Shown in pieces: positions 19,365-28,319 of a stretch of 64,000 bases of DNA (its first letter is position 1; each line of letters starts with the position of its first letter). The notes below the pieces were generated by a model that did no database searches, was not told the DNA's origin, and saw only the letters and a list, made by a program, of their open reading frames with translations. Both the position numbers and the translations under genes were made by a program. Source of the DNA: Gaiellaceae bacterium (GTDB lineage: Bacteria > Actinomycetota > Thermoleophilia > Gaiellales > Gaiellaceae). The DNA lies in the NCBI GenBank assembly GCA_035762005.1, contig DASTQA010000051.1, forward strand, positions 633-64,632, in the 5' to 3' direction.

Positions 19365-20018
19365 TCAGCGCAGGAGGCGCCCGCCGTCGACGACGAGCGA
19401 CGTGCCGGTGACGAACGGCGCCCGCACGAGGTAGGCGACCGCCTCGGCGACGTCGGCCGGGGAGCCGAGGCGCCCGAGAAGCGTCTCGGCCGCGCGGCGC
19501 TGCTCCTGGCCGGGGAGGACCGCAACCGGCCCGGGCGCGACGCCGCAGACCCGGACGTCGGGGGCGAGCGCCTTCGCGAGGACACGCGTGAGCATCGCCT
19601 GGGCCGCCTTCGCGGCGCAGTGCGGGGCGAACGAGGGCCACGCCTGGTAGGCGGCGACGTCCTCGACGAGGACGAGGAGCCCGAGCGTGGACGCGCGCAG
19701 GTGCGGCGCGGCCGCCTGCGCGAGGAAGAAGCTCCCCTTGGCGGTGGCGCCGAAGGCTGCGTCCCAGTCCTCCTCGAGGACGTCCTCGACGGGGCGGGGG
19801 ACGAAGCCGTCGGAGGCCGCGTGCACGACCAGGTCGAGGCCGCCGAGCTCGGCGACCGTCCGTTCGACGAGCGTCCGCGCGCCTGCGGCCGCGGCGAGAT
19901 CGCCGTCGGCGCGGCCGGCCGCGAGGACACGGAAGCCGTCCGCCTCGAGCCGGGCGGCGACCGCCCGACCGACCCGTCCCGTACCGCCGGTGACGAGAGC
20001 AGCTCGGAGTGGCGCCAT
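19365..20018 (-). CDS. short-chain dehydrogenase/reductase family oxidoreductase
   Basis: MAPLRAALVTGGTGRVG Rossmann motif. YxxxK-like region (APHCAAKAA). Starts at an internal Met of ORF 19365..20087. Confidence 0.75.
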   Translation of the reverse strand: MAPLRAALVTGGTGRVGRAVAARLEADGFRVLAAGRADGDLAAAAGARTLVERTVAELGGLDLVVHAASDGFVPRPVEDVLEEDWDAAFGATAKGSFFLAQAAAPHLRASTLGLLVLVEDVAAYQAWPSFAPHCAAKAAQAMLTRVLAKALAPDVRVCGVAPGPVAVLPGQEQRRAAETLLGRLGSPADVAEAVAYLVRAPFVTGTSLVVDGGRLLR

Positions 20019-20067
20019 CCGGGTAACGATAAGCTGCCGCCCGCGAAACCGAGACGGAAAGGGTGAC

Positions 20068-20688
20068 ATGGCGACCTTGGCGTTCAACCGGGAGGAGATC
20101 GCGGCGCGCGAGCTCAGGCCCGTGCTCCTCGAGATGGACGGGATCTCCCGCGCGTCGGTGGAGGCGCACTACAAGCTCTACGAGGGGTACGTCGCGAAGC
20201 GGAACGAGATCCTCGCCCGGCTCGGCGAGATCGACGTCGCCGCCGCCAACCAGGTCTACTCCGAGGTGCGCGCGCTCAAGGTCGAGCTGTCGTTCGCAAT
20301 CGGCGGCGTCAAGAACCACGAGGTCTACTTCGACCACCTCGGCGGCGGCGGCGGGGCGCCCGACGGCGCCGTCGGAGCGCTCATCGAGCGGGACTTCGGC
20401 AGCGCCGCCGACTGGGCCGCCGACCTGAAGGCGACCGGCATGGCCGGCCGCGGCTGGGCCTGGACCGCCTACGACTGGGACGAGGAGCGCCTCTTCAACT
20501 ACGTCGGCGACGCGCAGAACACGTTCCCGATCTGGAACGCGACGCCGCTCGTCGCGCTCGACGTCTACGAGCACGCCTACTTCCTCGACTACCAGACCGA
20601 CCGCGCCTCCTACATCGACGCGTTCTTCGGCAACCTCGACTGGGGCGTCGTGAACGACTGGGTCGCCCGCTACGGGATCCCGATGTGA
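20068..20688 (+). CDS. Fe/Mn superoxide dismutase family protein (divergent N-terminal motif)
   Basis: ATG at 20068. Candidate metal-ligand columns are present (EAHYK, GGVKNHEVYF, LDVYEHAYFLDY), but the usual HHxKHH reads HYKLYE. Confidence 0.7.
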   Translation: MATLAFNREEIAARELRPVLLEMDGISRASVEAHYKLYEGYVAKRNEILARLGEIDVAAANQVYSEVRALKVELSFAIGGVKNHEVYFDHLGGGGGAPDGAVGALIERDFGSAADWAADLKATGMAGRGWAWTAYDWDEERLFNYVGDAQNTFPIWNATPLVALDVYEHAYFLDYQTDRASYIDAFFGNLDWGVVNDWVARYGIPM

Positions 20689-21320
20689 CGGACGCGCTCC
20701 TGGTCGCCGCCGGCTACGTCCTCGGCAGCATGCCGTGGGGCTACTGGCTCCCCCGCCTGCTCCGGGGCGTGGACGTGAGGACGCTGGGGAGCGGGAACGC
20801 CGGCGCGACGAACGTCTGGCGCACGCTCGGCTTCAAGCTCGGGCTCGTCGTCGCGCTCCTCGACGTCGCGAAGGGGGCGGCCGCCGCGCTCCTCGGCCTC
20901 TGGCTCGGCGGCGACCTCGTCGCCGTGCTCGCCGGCGTCGCCGCCATGGTCGGGCACTGGCGGCCGCTCTTCCTGCGCTTCGCCAAGGGAGGCAAGACGG
21001 TCGCCACGACCGGCGGGGTCGCGCTCGCGCTGGCCGTCCTCCCGGCGCTCGCGGCGGCCGGCACCTGGATCCTCGTCTTCCTGCCGACCCGCTACGCCTC
21101 GGTCGCCTCGCTCGTGGCGGCCGCGTCGCTCCCGCTCTACGCCTTCCTCTTCGGGGCCTCCTGGCCGGTCCTCGCCTTCACCTCGGGCGCCGCCGTCGCC
21201 ATCCTCGTCCTCCATCGGGGGAACATCCGCCGGCTGCTCGCCGGCGAGGAGAACCGGATCGCGCTCCGGCGCCCGCGTGCGGAGCCGACTGGCTCGCCGC
21301 TGCAGTCGAACCGCGCCTGA
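20685..21320 (+). CDS. plsY: glycerol-3-phosphate acyltransferase PlsY
   Basis: GSGNAGATNVWR motif, multi-TM, 211 aa. The GTG start overlaps the upstream stop. Confidence 0.9.
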   Translation: MTDALLVAAGYVLGSMPWGYWLPRLLRGVDVRTLGSGNAGATNVWRTLGFKLGLVVALLDVAKGAAAALLGLWLGGDLVAVLAGVAAMVGHWRPLFLRFAKGGKTVATTGGVALALAVLPALAAAGTWILVFLPTRYASVASLVAAASLPLYAFLFGASWPVLAFTSGAAVAILVLHRGNIRRLLAGEENRIALRRPRAEPTGSPLQSNRA

Positions 21321-21544
21321 CGCAGGAGCTCCTGGCGAGCGCCTCCGCCTGCCGCGCGCGCGCCCGGCGCGTGACGGAACCGTCGCAGCCGCCCCGCCGG
21401 GCCCGCACTACCCCGCCCGCGCGGCCAAGTGACACCGTGTCACGTGGCTCGGGCGCCGCGGAGAGGACGGCCCCGGCTCGCCCGGGGGCGCGCTCCCGCG
21501 GGTTCCGCGGCGGCGCGGGTCGAAGCGCCTGCCGGGCTCTGGGG

Positions 21545-22519
21545 CTAGACGGCCCGGAGCCAGTCGCGGAGATCGGTGTGGCGGGGCGAGTGCCCGCCGT
21601 TCGCGAGCTCGCCGCGCAGCTCGCCCACGGTCCCGAAGCGCTCGGCGAGCACGTCGTGGTTGTGGATCGTCTCGAAGTTGACCTGACGCGCGAGGAGGAA
21701 GTCGTCCTCGCCGAGCTCGGCGTAGGCCTCGAGAGCTGCCTTCACCATGAGCCGGACGGAGTCCTCGACGAACCGTGGCTGGAGATGGGCGTGCTCGACG
21801 ACGAAGAGCTCGTCCGGGCGCTTGAGGAGCTCGTAGATCGGGGAGCTCATCGACGCCTCGACGAGGGCGACGAGGTCCTCGGCGTCGAGGCGGAGGTCGG
21901 TGCCGAGGTAGAGCGTCCCGCGCCCGCGCTGGTTGTGCGTCGCCAGGGGGACGAGCTCGAGGATCCGCTCGACGTCGCCCGCGTCGAAGCCGGCCTCGCC
22001 GAGCCGCTCGGCGGCCCGTCCGCGCACGAGCCCCTGGGCGCAGGGGCAGGCGTTGATCCCGGTCGCCTCGACGCCCACGACCCGGCGGGAGGCCGCCGGC
22101 GACGCCGCCGCGAGGCCGAGGAGGGTGACGAGCTCCTGCGTGCGGAGGCCCGTGACCGGCGTGGAGCGCTCGATCGGGTAGCGCGCGGCGATGCGGACCT
22201 CGGCGCGGAGCGCCCCCTGGCGCTCGACGACGTGGCGGGCCACGTGCTCGGCCAGCCGCTCGACCAGGAGCATCTCGCCGATGACGACCTCGTCGATCGC
22301 CTCCTCGAAGACCTCGGGGAAGCGGGACATGTGGACGCCCTTCTGCGCCGGGTCGACGTCGACGAAGCAGTCGATCTCGGCGGAGACGAGCGCGTCGCGG
22401 CCGGCGTGCTGCATGCGGACCGCCTTCTGGACGCCGGTGACGCCGGCGCGGGAGAGCCCGATGCGAACCTCCGGCGCGGAGGCCTGCAGGTCGGCCGTCG
22501 CGGCTAGTCTCCCGTCCAC
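21545..22519 (-). CDS. folE2: GTP cyclohydrolase FolE2/MptA family
   Basis: 324 aa with KGVHMSRF and INACPCAQ motifs typical of type IB GTP cyclohydrolase. Confidence 0.8.
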   Translation of the reverse strand: MDGRLAATADLQASAPEVRIGLSRAGVTGVQKAVRMQHAGRDALVSAEIDCFVDVDPAQKGVHMSRFPEVFEEAIDEVVIGEMLLVERLAEHVARHVVERQGALRAEVRIAARYPIERSTPVTGLRTQELVTLLGLAAASPAASRRVVGVEATGINACPCAQGLVRGRAAERLGEAGFDAGDVERILELVPLATHNQRGRGTLYLGTDLRLDAEDLVALVEASMSSPIYELLKRPDELFVVEHAHLQPRFVEDSVRLMVKAALEAYAELGEDDFLLARQVNFETIHNHDVLAERFGTVGELRGELANGGHSPRHTDLRDWLRAV

Positions 22520-22545
22520 CCGGCGAAACGTAGCAGCCCGTCGAC

Positions 22546-23133
22546 GTGACCCAGGATCGCGATTTCCCCCAGCTCGTCTCGGTCGCCTGCCACGACCTCT
22601 CGACGCCGCTCGCGACGGTCTACGGCTTCGCCCGCACGCTCGAGCAGCTGGAGCTCGACGGGCCGGCCGCGGGCTACGTCGAGATCATCGAGCAGGCCTC
22701 GGAGCAGATCAAGGAGCTCGTCGAGCAGCTCCGCATCGTCGCGCAGGTCGAGGCCGGCCGCTACGACCCCGTTCTCGTCGAGATGGACTCGCTCGCGCTC
22801 GCGCAGGCAGCCGCCGAGTCGCTCGCCGAGGGACGGGTCACCGCCTCCGGCGAGGGCGACGTCGTGCGGGTCGAGCCCCGGGCGGCCACCCGAGCCGTGG
22901 CCCAGCTCGCCCGCGCCGCCTCGCGACACGGGGGGCACGACACGGTCAGCCTGGACGTGCGGGGAGCGGAGCTCGCCGTCTCGCCGCTCAGCCCCACGGC
23001 CGAGCCGGTCGTGCTCGGGGAGCAGCTGCTCGAGCTTGGCGCCGCGGCGGGGGGCGTCGTCATCCGCGCCCTGGGCGGGTCGCTCGCCGTCGAGGACGGA
23101 CGGCTGCTGATCCGCCTGCCTACCCCATCCTGA
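22546..23133 (+). CDS. soluble HisKA-domain protein with degenerate ATP-binding domain
   Basis: H-box SVACHDLSTPLATVYGF. The C-terminal half has kinase-like length, but no clear N, G1 or G2 boxes were seen by eye. Confidence 0.6.
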   Translation: MTQDRDFPQLVSVACHDLSTPLATVYGFARTLEQLELDGPAAGYVEIIEQASEQIKELVEQLRIVAQVEAGRYDPVLVEMDSLALAQAAAESLAEGRVTASGEGDVVRVEPRAATRAVAQLARAASRHGGHDTVSLDVRGAELAVSPLSPTAEPVVLGEQLLELGAAAGGVVIRALGGSLAVEDGRLLIRLPTPS

Positions 23134-23770
23134 GCGGATCGACGAAGACGTCGTCGATCTGCCACCTCGCGCCCAGGCCGACCGGACTGAACCGGAATGC
23201 GACCGACGCCTTCCCGCCGGAAAGAGCACCGGTCACGTTGAGCAGGGCCAGGCCGGGGAGCGAGGGATGCCAGGTCGAGCCGCCCGTGTGGATTCCCGCC
23301 GGGAGGCGGAGCACCGTGCGGCCGGCCGAGTCGAGCAGGAGGACGTCGACCCGGAGGCTCGAGAGCGCGACGAGGCCCCGGTTCCGCGCGAAGTAGCGGA
23401 CGGTGGGGTCGAGCGTCTCGACGCAGACGGGCGGCGTCGTGGCGCTGCTGCCGCTCGGGAGGTAGAGCGACCGCGAGCCGGGGCCGCCGGCCTTCCAGGG
23501 CTCGTTACCGCTGACGACCTTCGCGCCGCCGCGCAGCGCCCAGCCGGACGTCCCGGGCTCGAAGCCGCCGCCGGGCGCGAGCGTGTAGTGCATGGGGTCG
23601 AGCCAGCGAAGGAACGGCTGCGCGAGCTCGCGCTCGCCGCAGGCGCCGCCCAGCAAGGCCGCCTCGGCCGAACCCGTGACGGCCGCGAACGCCGCCGCCG
23701 TCGCGCCGAGTACCGCAAATCTGATCCGCAGACGCCGCAGTGCCACAGGTCCCTCCGATTGCCGCTTCAT
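23120..23770 (-). CDS. secreted hypothetical protein
   Basis: MKRQSEGPVALRRLRIRFAVLGATAAAFAAVTGSAEA signal peptide, then a 180-aa beta-type domain. This is the C-terminal part of track ORF 23120..25528. Confidence 0.55.
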   Translation of the reverse strand: MKRQSEGPVALRRLRIRFAVLGATAAAFAAVTGSAEAALLGGACGERELAQPFLRWLDPMHYTLAPGGGFEPGTSGWALRGGAKVVSGNEPWKAGGPGSRSLYLPSGSSATTPPVCVETLDPTVRYFARNRGLVALSSLRVDVLLLDSAGRTVLRLPAGIHTGGSTWHPSLPGLALLNVTGALSGGKASVAFRFSPVGLGARWQIDDVFVDPLRMG

Positions 23771-23831
23771 CCGAGTGTGCGCACGGACCCGCGGGCATGC
23801 CATCCCCCCACCGGGTGAGGGTCGCCGCGCG

Positions 23832-23859
23832 TCAAGCCCCCGTCCCGCGGCGCCGATAG
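23832..23859 (+). promoter_or_regulatory. sigma-28-type promoter candidate (TCAA-N16-GCCGATAG) for the HD-GYP gene
   Basis: GCCGATAG at 23852-23859, 10 nt upstream of ATG 23870. The -35 tetramer is weak. Confidence 0.45.
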
Positions 23860-23869
23860 GCGAGGGGAA

Positions 23870-25219
23870 ATGGCCGAATCCGGCGTCGCACTGGCAGGCC
23901 CCGTCTCGGCGCTCGAGCTCGAGGAGGACGGCAACGCGCTCATCGAGGAGCGCCGCGCCCGCGCGCCGCGCCCGCTCGCCGCCCGGGACTCGCTCGTCAC
24001 GAGCGCGAGCGCGGTCGTCTTCCTGGCCGCCGCGCTCCTGTTGCAACTCGCCTTCGAGAGCGCCCGCAGCCCCTCGCCGGAGCTCTACGCGCTCCTCGTC
24101 GTCGCCTACGCGATCGCGTCGAGGGTCGAGTTCGAGATCGGGATCGGCTGGGCGATCTCGACCCAGCTCGTGTTCGTGCCCATGCTCTTCCTCCTTCCGC
24201 CGGGGGCGGTGCCGATCTGCGTCGCCGCCGGCCTTCTCCTCGGCAACGCAGTCGGCTACGTGCGCCGGAAGGAGCACCTCGAGCGGGCGCTCGTCGCCGT
24301 CGCGAGCTCCTGGCACGCGCTCGGCGCGGCGCTCGTCCTCGCGCTCGCCGGCGAGCCGGACCCGACGTGGTCCGCCTGGCCGGTCCTGCTGCTCGCGCTC
24401 TCCGCCCAGCTCGCCTTCGACTTCGCGGGCTCGGCCGCGCGTGCCGGGCTCGTCCTCGGTCTCCGCCCGGGCTCGCAGCTGCGCATGATGGCCTGGGTCT
24501 GGGGCGTCGACGCGGCGCTCTCGCCGCTCGCCTTCCTCATCGCCATGGTCGCCCTCGACGCTCCCGCGGCCCTGCTCGCCGTCGTCCCGCTGCTCGCCCT
24601 GCTCGCGTTCCTCGCGCAGGAGCGCCGCCGCCGCATCGACTACGCGCTCGAACTCGGCCATGCGTACCGCGGCACGGCCTTCCTCCTCGGCGACGTGATC
24701 GAGGCGGACGACGCCTACACGGGCAGTCACAGCCGCGAGGTCGTCGAGCTCGCCCTCGCCGTCGCGGCCGAGCTTCGCCTCGACGCCGCCGCGCAGCGCG
24801 CCGCCGAGCTCACCGCGCTCCTCCACGACGTCGGCAAGATCCGCATCCCCCCGGAGATTCTCTCGAAGCCCGGAAAGCTGACCGACGAGGAGTGGGCGGT
24901 GATGAAGACGCACACGCTCGAGGGCGAGCGGATGCTGGAGCAGGTCGGCGGGCTCCTCGGCCGCGTCGGGCACCTCGTCCGCTCCTGTCACGAGCGCTGG
25001 GACGGGGCGGGCTACCCTGACGGGCTGGCGGGCGAGACGATCCCGCTCGTGGCCCGGATCGTCTGCGCCTGCGACGCCTACAACGCGATGACGACCGACC
25101 GCCCCTACCGGGCGGCACGGTCCTCCGCCGAGGCGCTCGCCGAGCTGGAGCGCTGCGCGGGCACGCACTTCGACCCGGCGGTCGTTGCGGCGCTCGGTGG
25201 CGTTCTCGCCCGCGGCTAG
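23870..25219 (+). CDS. membrane-anchored HD-GYP domain protein (putative c-di-GMP phosphodiesterase)
   Basis: About 270 aa of TM helices, then HSREV...LLHDVGKIRIP...CHERWDGAGYPDGL (HD and GYP motifs). Confidence 0.85.
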   Translation: MAESGVALAGPVSALELEEDGNALIEERRARAPRPLAARDSLVTSASAVVFLAAALLLQLAFESARSPSPELYALLVVAYAIASRVEFEIGIGWAISTQLVFVPMLFLLPPGAVPICVAAGLLLGNAVGYVRRKEHLERALVAVASSWHALGAALVLALAGEPDPTWSAWPVLLLALSAQLAFDFAGSAARAGLVLGLRPGSQLRMMAWVWGVDAALSPLAFLIAMVALDAPAALLAVVPLLALLAFLAQERRRRIDYALELGHAYRGTAFLLGDVIEADDAYTGSHSREVVELALAVAAELRLDAAAQRAAELTALLHDVGKIRIPPEILSKPGKLTDEEWAVMKTHTLEGERMLEQVGGLLGRVGHLVRSCHERWDGAGYPDGLAGETIPLVARIVCACDAYNAMTTDRPYRAARSSAEALAELERCAGTHFDPAVVAALGGVLARG

Positions 25220-26043
25220 CGCAGGAGCCGTGACAGGCGGCGGTCCTTGAGGACGCGCCCACCGGTCTGGCAGTCGGGGCAGTAGTAGATCGTGTGCTCC
25301 TCGAAGTCGACGCGCGCGATCGGCGTGCCGCAGTTGGGGCACGGCTCGCCGAGGCGGTCGTGCACCCGATAGGCCTTCGCGTCCTTCGCACCGGCGAGGC
25401 GCAGCTCGAGGCCCTCGGCGAGCGTCTCCCGGATCGTCGCGGCCAGCCGCTCGACCTCGTCGTCGTCGAGCTCGGTCGAGAGGGCGTAGGGCGAGAGGCG
25501 GGCGCGGTTCAGGATCTCGTTCGACCACGCGCGGCCGATGCCGGCAAGCGCGCGCTGATCCCGGAGGAAGGGATGCAGGCGGCGGCCCTCCGCGCGCAGG
25601 ATCGCGGCGAGCTCCAGGGCGCCGATCCCGCTCGCCTCGGGGCCGAGATGGGCGAGCTCCTCCTCGAGGACGACGGGGCGGTAGACGCCGACCCGGGCGC
25701 GCTTCTTCGGGCCGCCCTCCGTGAGGACGAGCTCGCCGCCGTCGGCGAACGCGAGGCGGAACGCGGGCGTCTTCGGCCCCTTCGCGCCCGGCTCGAGGTG
25801 ACGGATGCGACCGGCGCTCATCAGGTGGACGTGGAGGACGAGCTCGCCGTCGTCCGTCGGGAAGAGCAGGTGCTTGCCCCGCCGCCGGGCGCCGGCGAGC
25901 CGCCGCCCCGCGAGCGCGTCGAGAGGCGGGTCGAACGTCTTCAGCGTCGCGACGTGCGCGGGGCCCGCCCGCTCGACCGGCGAGCGGGAGACCGGTCCGT
26001 CGAGCGCGCGACGGGCCGCCTCGACCTCGGGAAACTCAGGAAT
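25216..26043 (-). CDS. Fpg/Nei family DNA glycosylase/AP lyase, apparent ATT start
   Basis: The frame reads (ATT)PEFPEVEAARRAL at the N-terminus, followed by an H2TH region and the zinc finger CPNCGTPIARVDFEEHTIYYCPDCQ. An in-frame TGA lies 8 codons upstream, with no ATG/GTG/TTG/CTG between it and the catalytic Pro codon. GAGGAGGA lies 4 nt upstream of ATT. The track only lists the internal Met at 25821. Confidence 0.8.
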   Translation of the reverse strand: MPEFPEVEAARRALDGPVSRSPVERAGPAHVATLKTFDPPLDALAGRRLAGARRRGKHLLFPTDDGELVLHVHLMSAGRIRHLEPGAKGPKTPAFRLAFADGGELVLTEGGPKKRARVGVYRPVVLEEELAHLGPEASGIGALELAAILRAEGRRLHPFLRDQRALAGIGRAWSNEILNRARLSPYALSTELDDDEVERLAATIRETLAEGLELRLAGAKDAKAYRVHDRLGEPCPNCGTPIARVDFEEHTIYYCPDCQTGGRVLKDRRLSRLLR

Positions 26044-26054
26044 AGTTCCTCCTC

Positions 26055-26957
26055 GTGGATGCGATCAGCGTAGCCGTACGACGGTGCGATCTCGTCGAGT
26101 CGCGCCACCGCGTCCACGCCGTCCTCGTGCGTGACGACGAGGTCGTGGAGGCATGGGGCGACCCGCATCTCGTCGCCTTCGTCCGCTCCGCGGCGAAGCC
26201 GCTCCAGGCGCTTCCGCTCGTGCCGCTCGGTCTGCCCGCGGAGGAGCTGGCGATCGCCTGTGCTTCCCACGAGGCGCGGCCCGAGCAGCTGGTCGCCGTC
26301 CGCGCCCTCCTCGCGCGCGCCGGCGCGACGAAGGACGACCTCGAGTGCGGCGCCGAGCACGGCTCCCGCCTGCGCCACAATTGCTCGGGCAAGCACGCGG
26401 GCTTCCTCCTCCTCGCGCGCGAGCGCGGCTGGGGCCGCGAGGGCTACCGGCTCGCGGAGCACCCGCTCCAGCAGGAGGTCCGGCGCCTCGTCGCCGAGGC
26501 GGCCGGGCGCGGCGCCGACGAGCTCGCGACCGCGGTCGACGGCTGCGGCGTGCCGACGTTCGCGCTCTCGCTCGCGGAGATGGCGCGCGTCTTCGCCGGT
26601 CTCGCGGCCGGCCGGCCGGCCGGGGCGAAGGCCGTCGTGGCGGCGATGACCTCCCACCCACGCCTCGTCGGCGGCCCGGACGCCGTGGACACGCTCGTGA
26701 TGCAGGCGCTCCCCGGCGCGGTGGCCAAGCGCGGCGCGGAGGGCGTCCTCTGCGTCGGCCTCCCGGACGGCGCCGGCGTGGCGCTCAAGGTCGAGGACGG
26801 CGCGCACCGGGCCGCCTACGCGGCCGCCGGGGCGGTGCTCGGGATCCCGGAGCTGGCCGAGCGGCCGCTGCGGAACAGCCGCGGCGAGACGGTCGGCGCC
26901 GTGACGGCGGAGGCCGGCGGCGAAATCCGTCCTTCCTCTTTTCCACAGGCCTTGTAG
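26055..26957 (+). CDS. asparaginase II (PF06089-like) family protein
   Basis: [10 protein letters not shown] and NCSGKHAGF motifs. GTG start only 11 nt from the divergent fpg start. Confidence 0.75.
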   Translation: MDAISVAVRRCDLVESRHRVHAVLVRDDEVVEAWGDPHLVAFVRSAAKPLQALPLVPLGLPAEELAIACASHEARPEQLVAVRALLARAGATKDDLECGAEHGSRLRHNCSGKHAGFLLLARERGWGREGYRLAEHPLQQEVRRLVAEAAGRGADELATAVDGCGVPTFALSLAEMARVFAGLAAGRPAGAKAVVAAMTSHPRLVGGPDAVDTLVMQALPGAVAKRGAEGVLCVGLPDGAGVALKVEDGAHRAAYAAAGAVLGIPELAERPLRNSRGETVGAVTAEAGGEIRPSSFPQAL

Positions 26958-27060
26958 AATCCGCGACCGATGTGCCTGTGAGCCGGGGGAGGGGTTCCTC
27001 GCCGGCTCTTTTCGTTCCCCCTGGAAAAACGTTGCACCGGTAACGAGAAAGGCGAGGCTG

Positions 27061-28155
27061 ATGCTCCAGGTCGACATCTCGGTCCCTGACGTCGAGGAAC
27101 TCCAGCGGCTCGTCGCCGACGGGCAGGAGAAGGGGTTCCTCACCTACGACGAGATCGTGACCGGGCTCGAGGACGTGGAGCTCACGAAGGAGCAGGTCGA
27201 GGACTTCTACACGTACCTCATCGACCACGGCATCGAGCTCGTCGAGGGCCTCGAGCACAAGGCGCCGCCGCACGACCAGCCGGCGCTCGCCGAGGAGGAG
27301 AAGGGCCCGAAGCTCGACCTCACCGTGGAGCCGTCGCTCGACTCGCTCCGGCTCTACCTGCGCGAGATCGGCAAGGTGCCGCTCCTCACCGCCGACGAGG
27401 AGGTCTCGCTCGCCAAGCGGATCGAGCGCGGCGACATGAGCGCGAAGACGCAGATGATCGAGGCGAACCTCCGGCTCGTCGTCTCGATCGCGAAGGGCTA
27501 CCTCGGCCGCGGCCTCTCGTTCCTCGACCTGATCCAGGAGGGCTCGCTCGGGCTCATCCGCGCCGTGGAGAAGTTCGACTACCGGAAGGGCTTCAAGTTC
27601 TCGACCTACGCGACGTGGTGGATCCGCCAGGCGGTCACGCGGGCGATCGCCGACAAGGCCCGCACGATCCGGATCCCCGTGCACATGGTCGAGAAGCTGA
27701 ACAAGGTCGTCCACATCGAGCGCCAGCTCGTCCAGCGCCTCGGGCGCGAGCCGCTGCCCGAGGAGATCGCCGAGGAGCTCGAGATGACGACCGAGGAGGT
27801 GCGGGAGATCCTCCGCATGGCGCAGCTCCCGGTCTCGCTCGAAAAGCCGATCGGCGAGGAGGAGGAGTCCGAGCTCGGCGACTTCGTCCAGGACGACTCG
27901 GCCGAGTCCCCCTTCGACTCCGCCTCGCTCAACCTCCGCCGCGAGGACATCGACCGGGCGCTCGACTCGCTCCCCGACCGGGAGCGGAAGGTGATCGAGC
28001 TGCGCTTCGGGCTCAAGGGCGAGCAGCCGCGGACGCTCGAGGAGGTCGGCCGCGCCTTCGGCGTGACCCGGGAGCGGATCCGCCAGATCGAGAACAACAC
28101 GCTCAAGCGGCTCGAGTCCCTGCCCGAGGCGCAGGGCCTCAAGGACTGCGTCTAG
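27061..28155 (+). CDS. rpoD: primary-type RNA polymerase sigma factor
   Basis: Regions 1.2-4 recognisable: [36 protein letters not shown] and [18 protein letters not shown]. Confidence 0.95.
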   Translation: MLQVDISVPDVEELQRLVADGQEKGFLTYDEIVTGLEDVELTKEQVEDFYTYLIDHGIELVEGLEHKAPPHDQPALAEEEKGPKLDLTVEPSLDSLRLYLREIGKVPLLTADEEVSLAKRIERGDMSAKTQMIEANLRLVVSIAKGYLGRGLSFLDLIQEGSLGLIRAVEKFDYRKGFKFSTYATWWIRQAVTRAIADKARTIRIPVHMVEKLNKVVHIERQLVQRLGREPLPEEIAEELEMTTEEVREILRMAQLPVSLEKPIGEEEESELGDFVQDDSAESPFDSASLNLRREDIDRALDSLPDRERKVIELRFGLKGEQPRTLEEVGRAFGVTRERIRQIENNTLKRLESLPEAQGLKDCV

Positions 28156-28193
28156 GGGCGGAGTCCCCCCCGGGCGCGGGCGTCGTCCGCCCC
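28155..28193 (+). terminator. GC-rich hairpin after rpoD (no U-tract)
   Basis: GGGGCGGA ... TCCGCCCC inverted repeat immediately after the TAG stop. Confidence 0.3.
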
Positions 28194-28247
28194 CGGAACG
28201 AGGACAGGCACGCTCTCGGCACGGGCCGCGCACAACGCGCGCGGACG

Positions 28248-28286
28248 TCCTCGTGACGCTCGAAGCGGGTGGAGGCACGGGGCGGC
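28248..28286 (+). repeat. 39-nt direct repeat, copy 1
   Basis: TCCTCGTGACGCTCGAAGCGGGTGGAGGCaCGGGGcGGC. A second copy lies exactly 2299 nt downstream and differs at 2 positions. Confidence 0.85.
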
Positions 28287-28319
28287 CGCGGCGTCCAGGC
28301 GGAAGCGCGTCGCGAGCGT

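Noticed and set aside
20068-20688. SOD-family protein lacking the canonical HHxKHH motif, considered as a possible non-SOD paralogue.
   Set aside because: All four metal-ligand columns appear to be present (H in EAHYK, H in KNHEVYF, D and H in DVYEHAY). The divergence is noted in the feature but there is not enough evidence for a separate claim.
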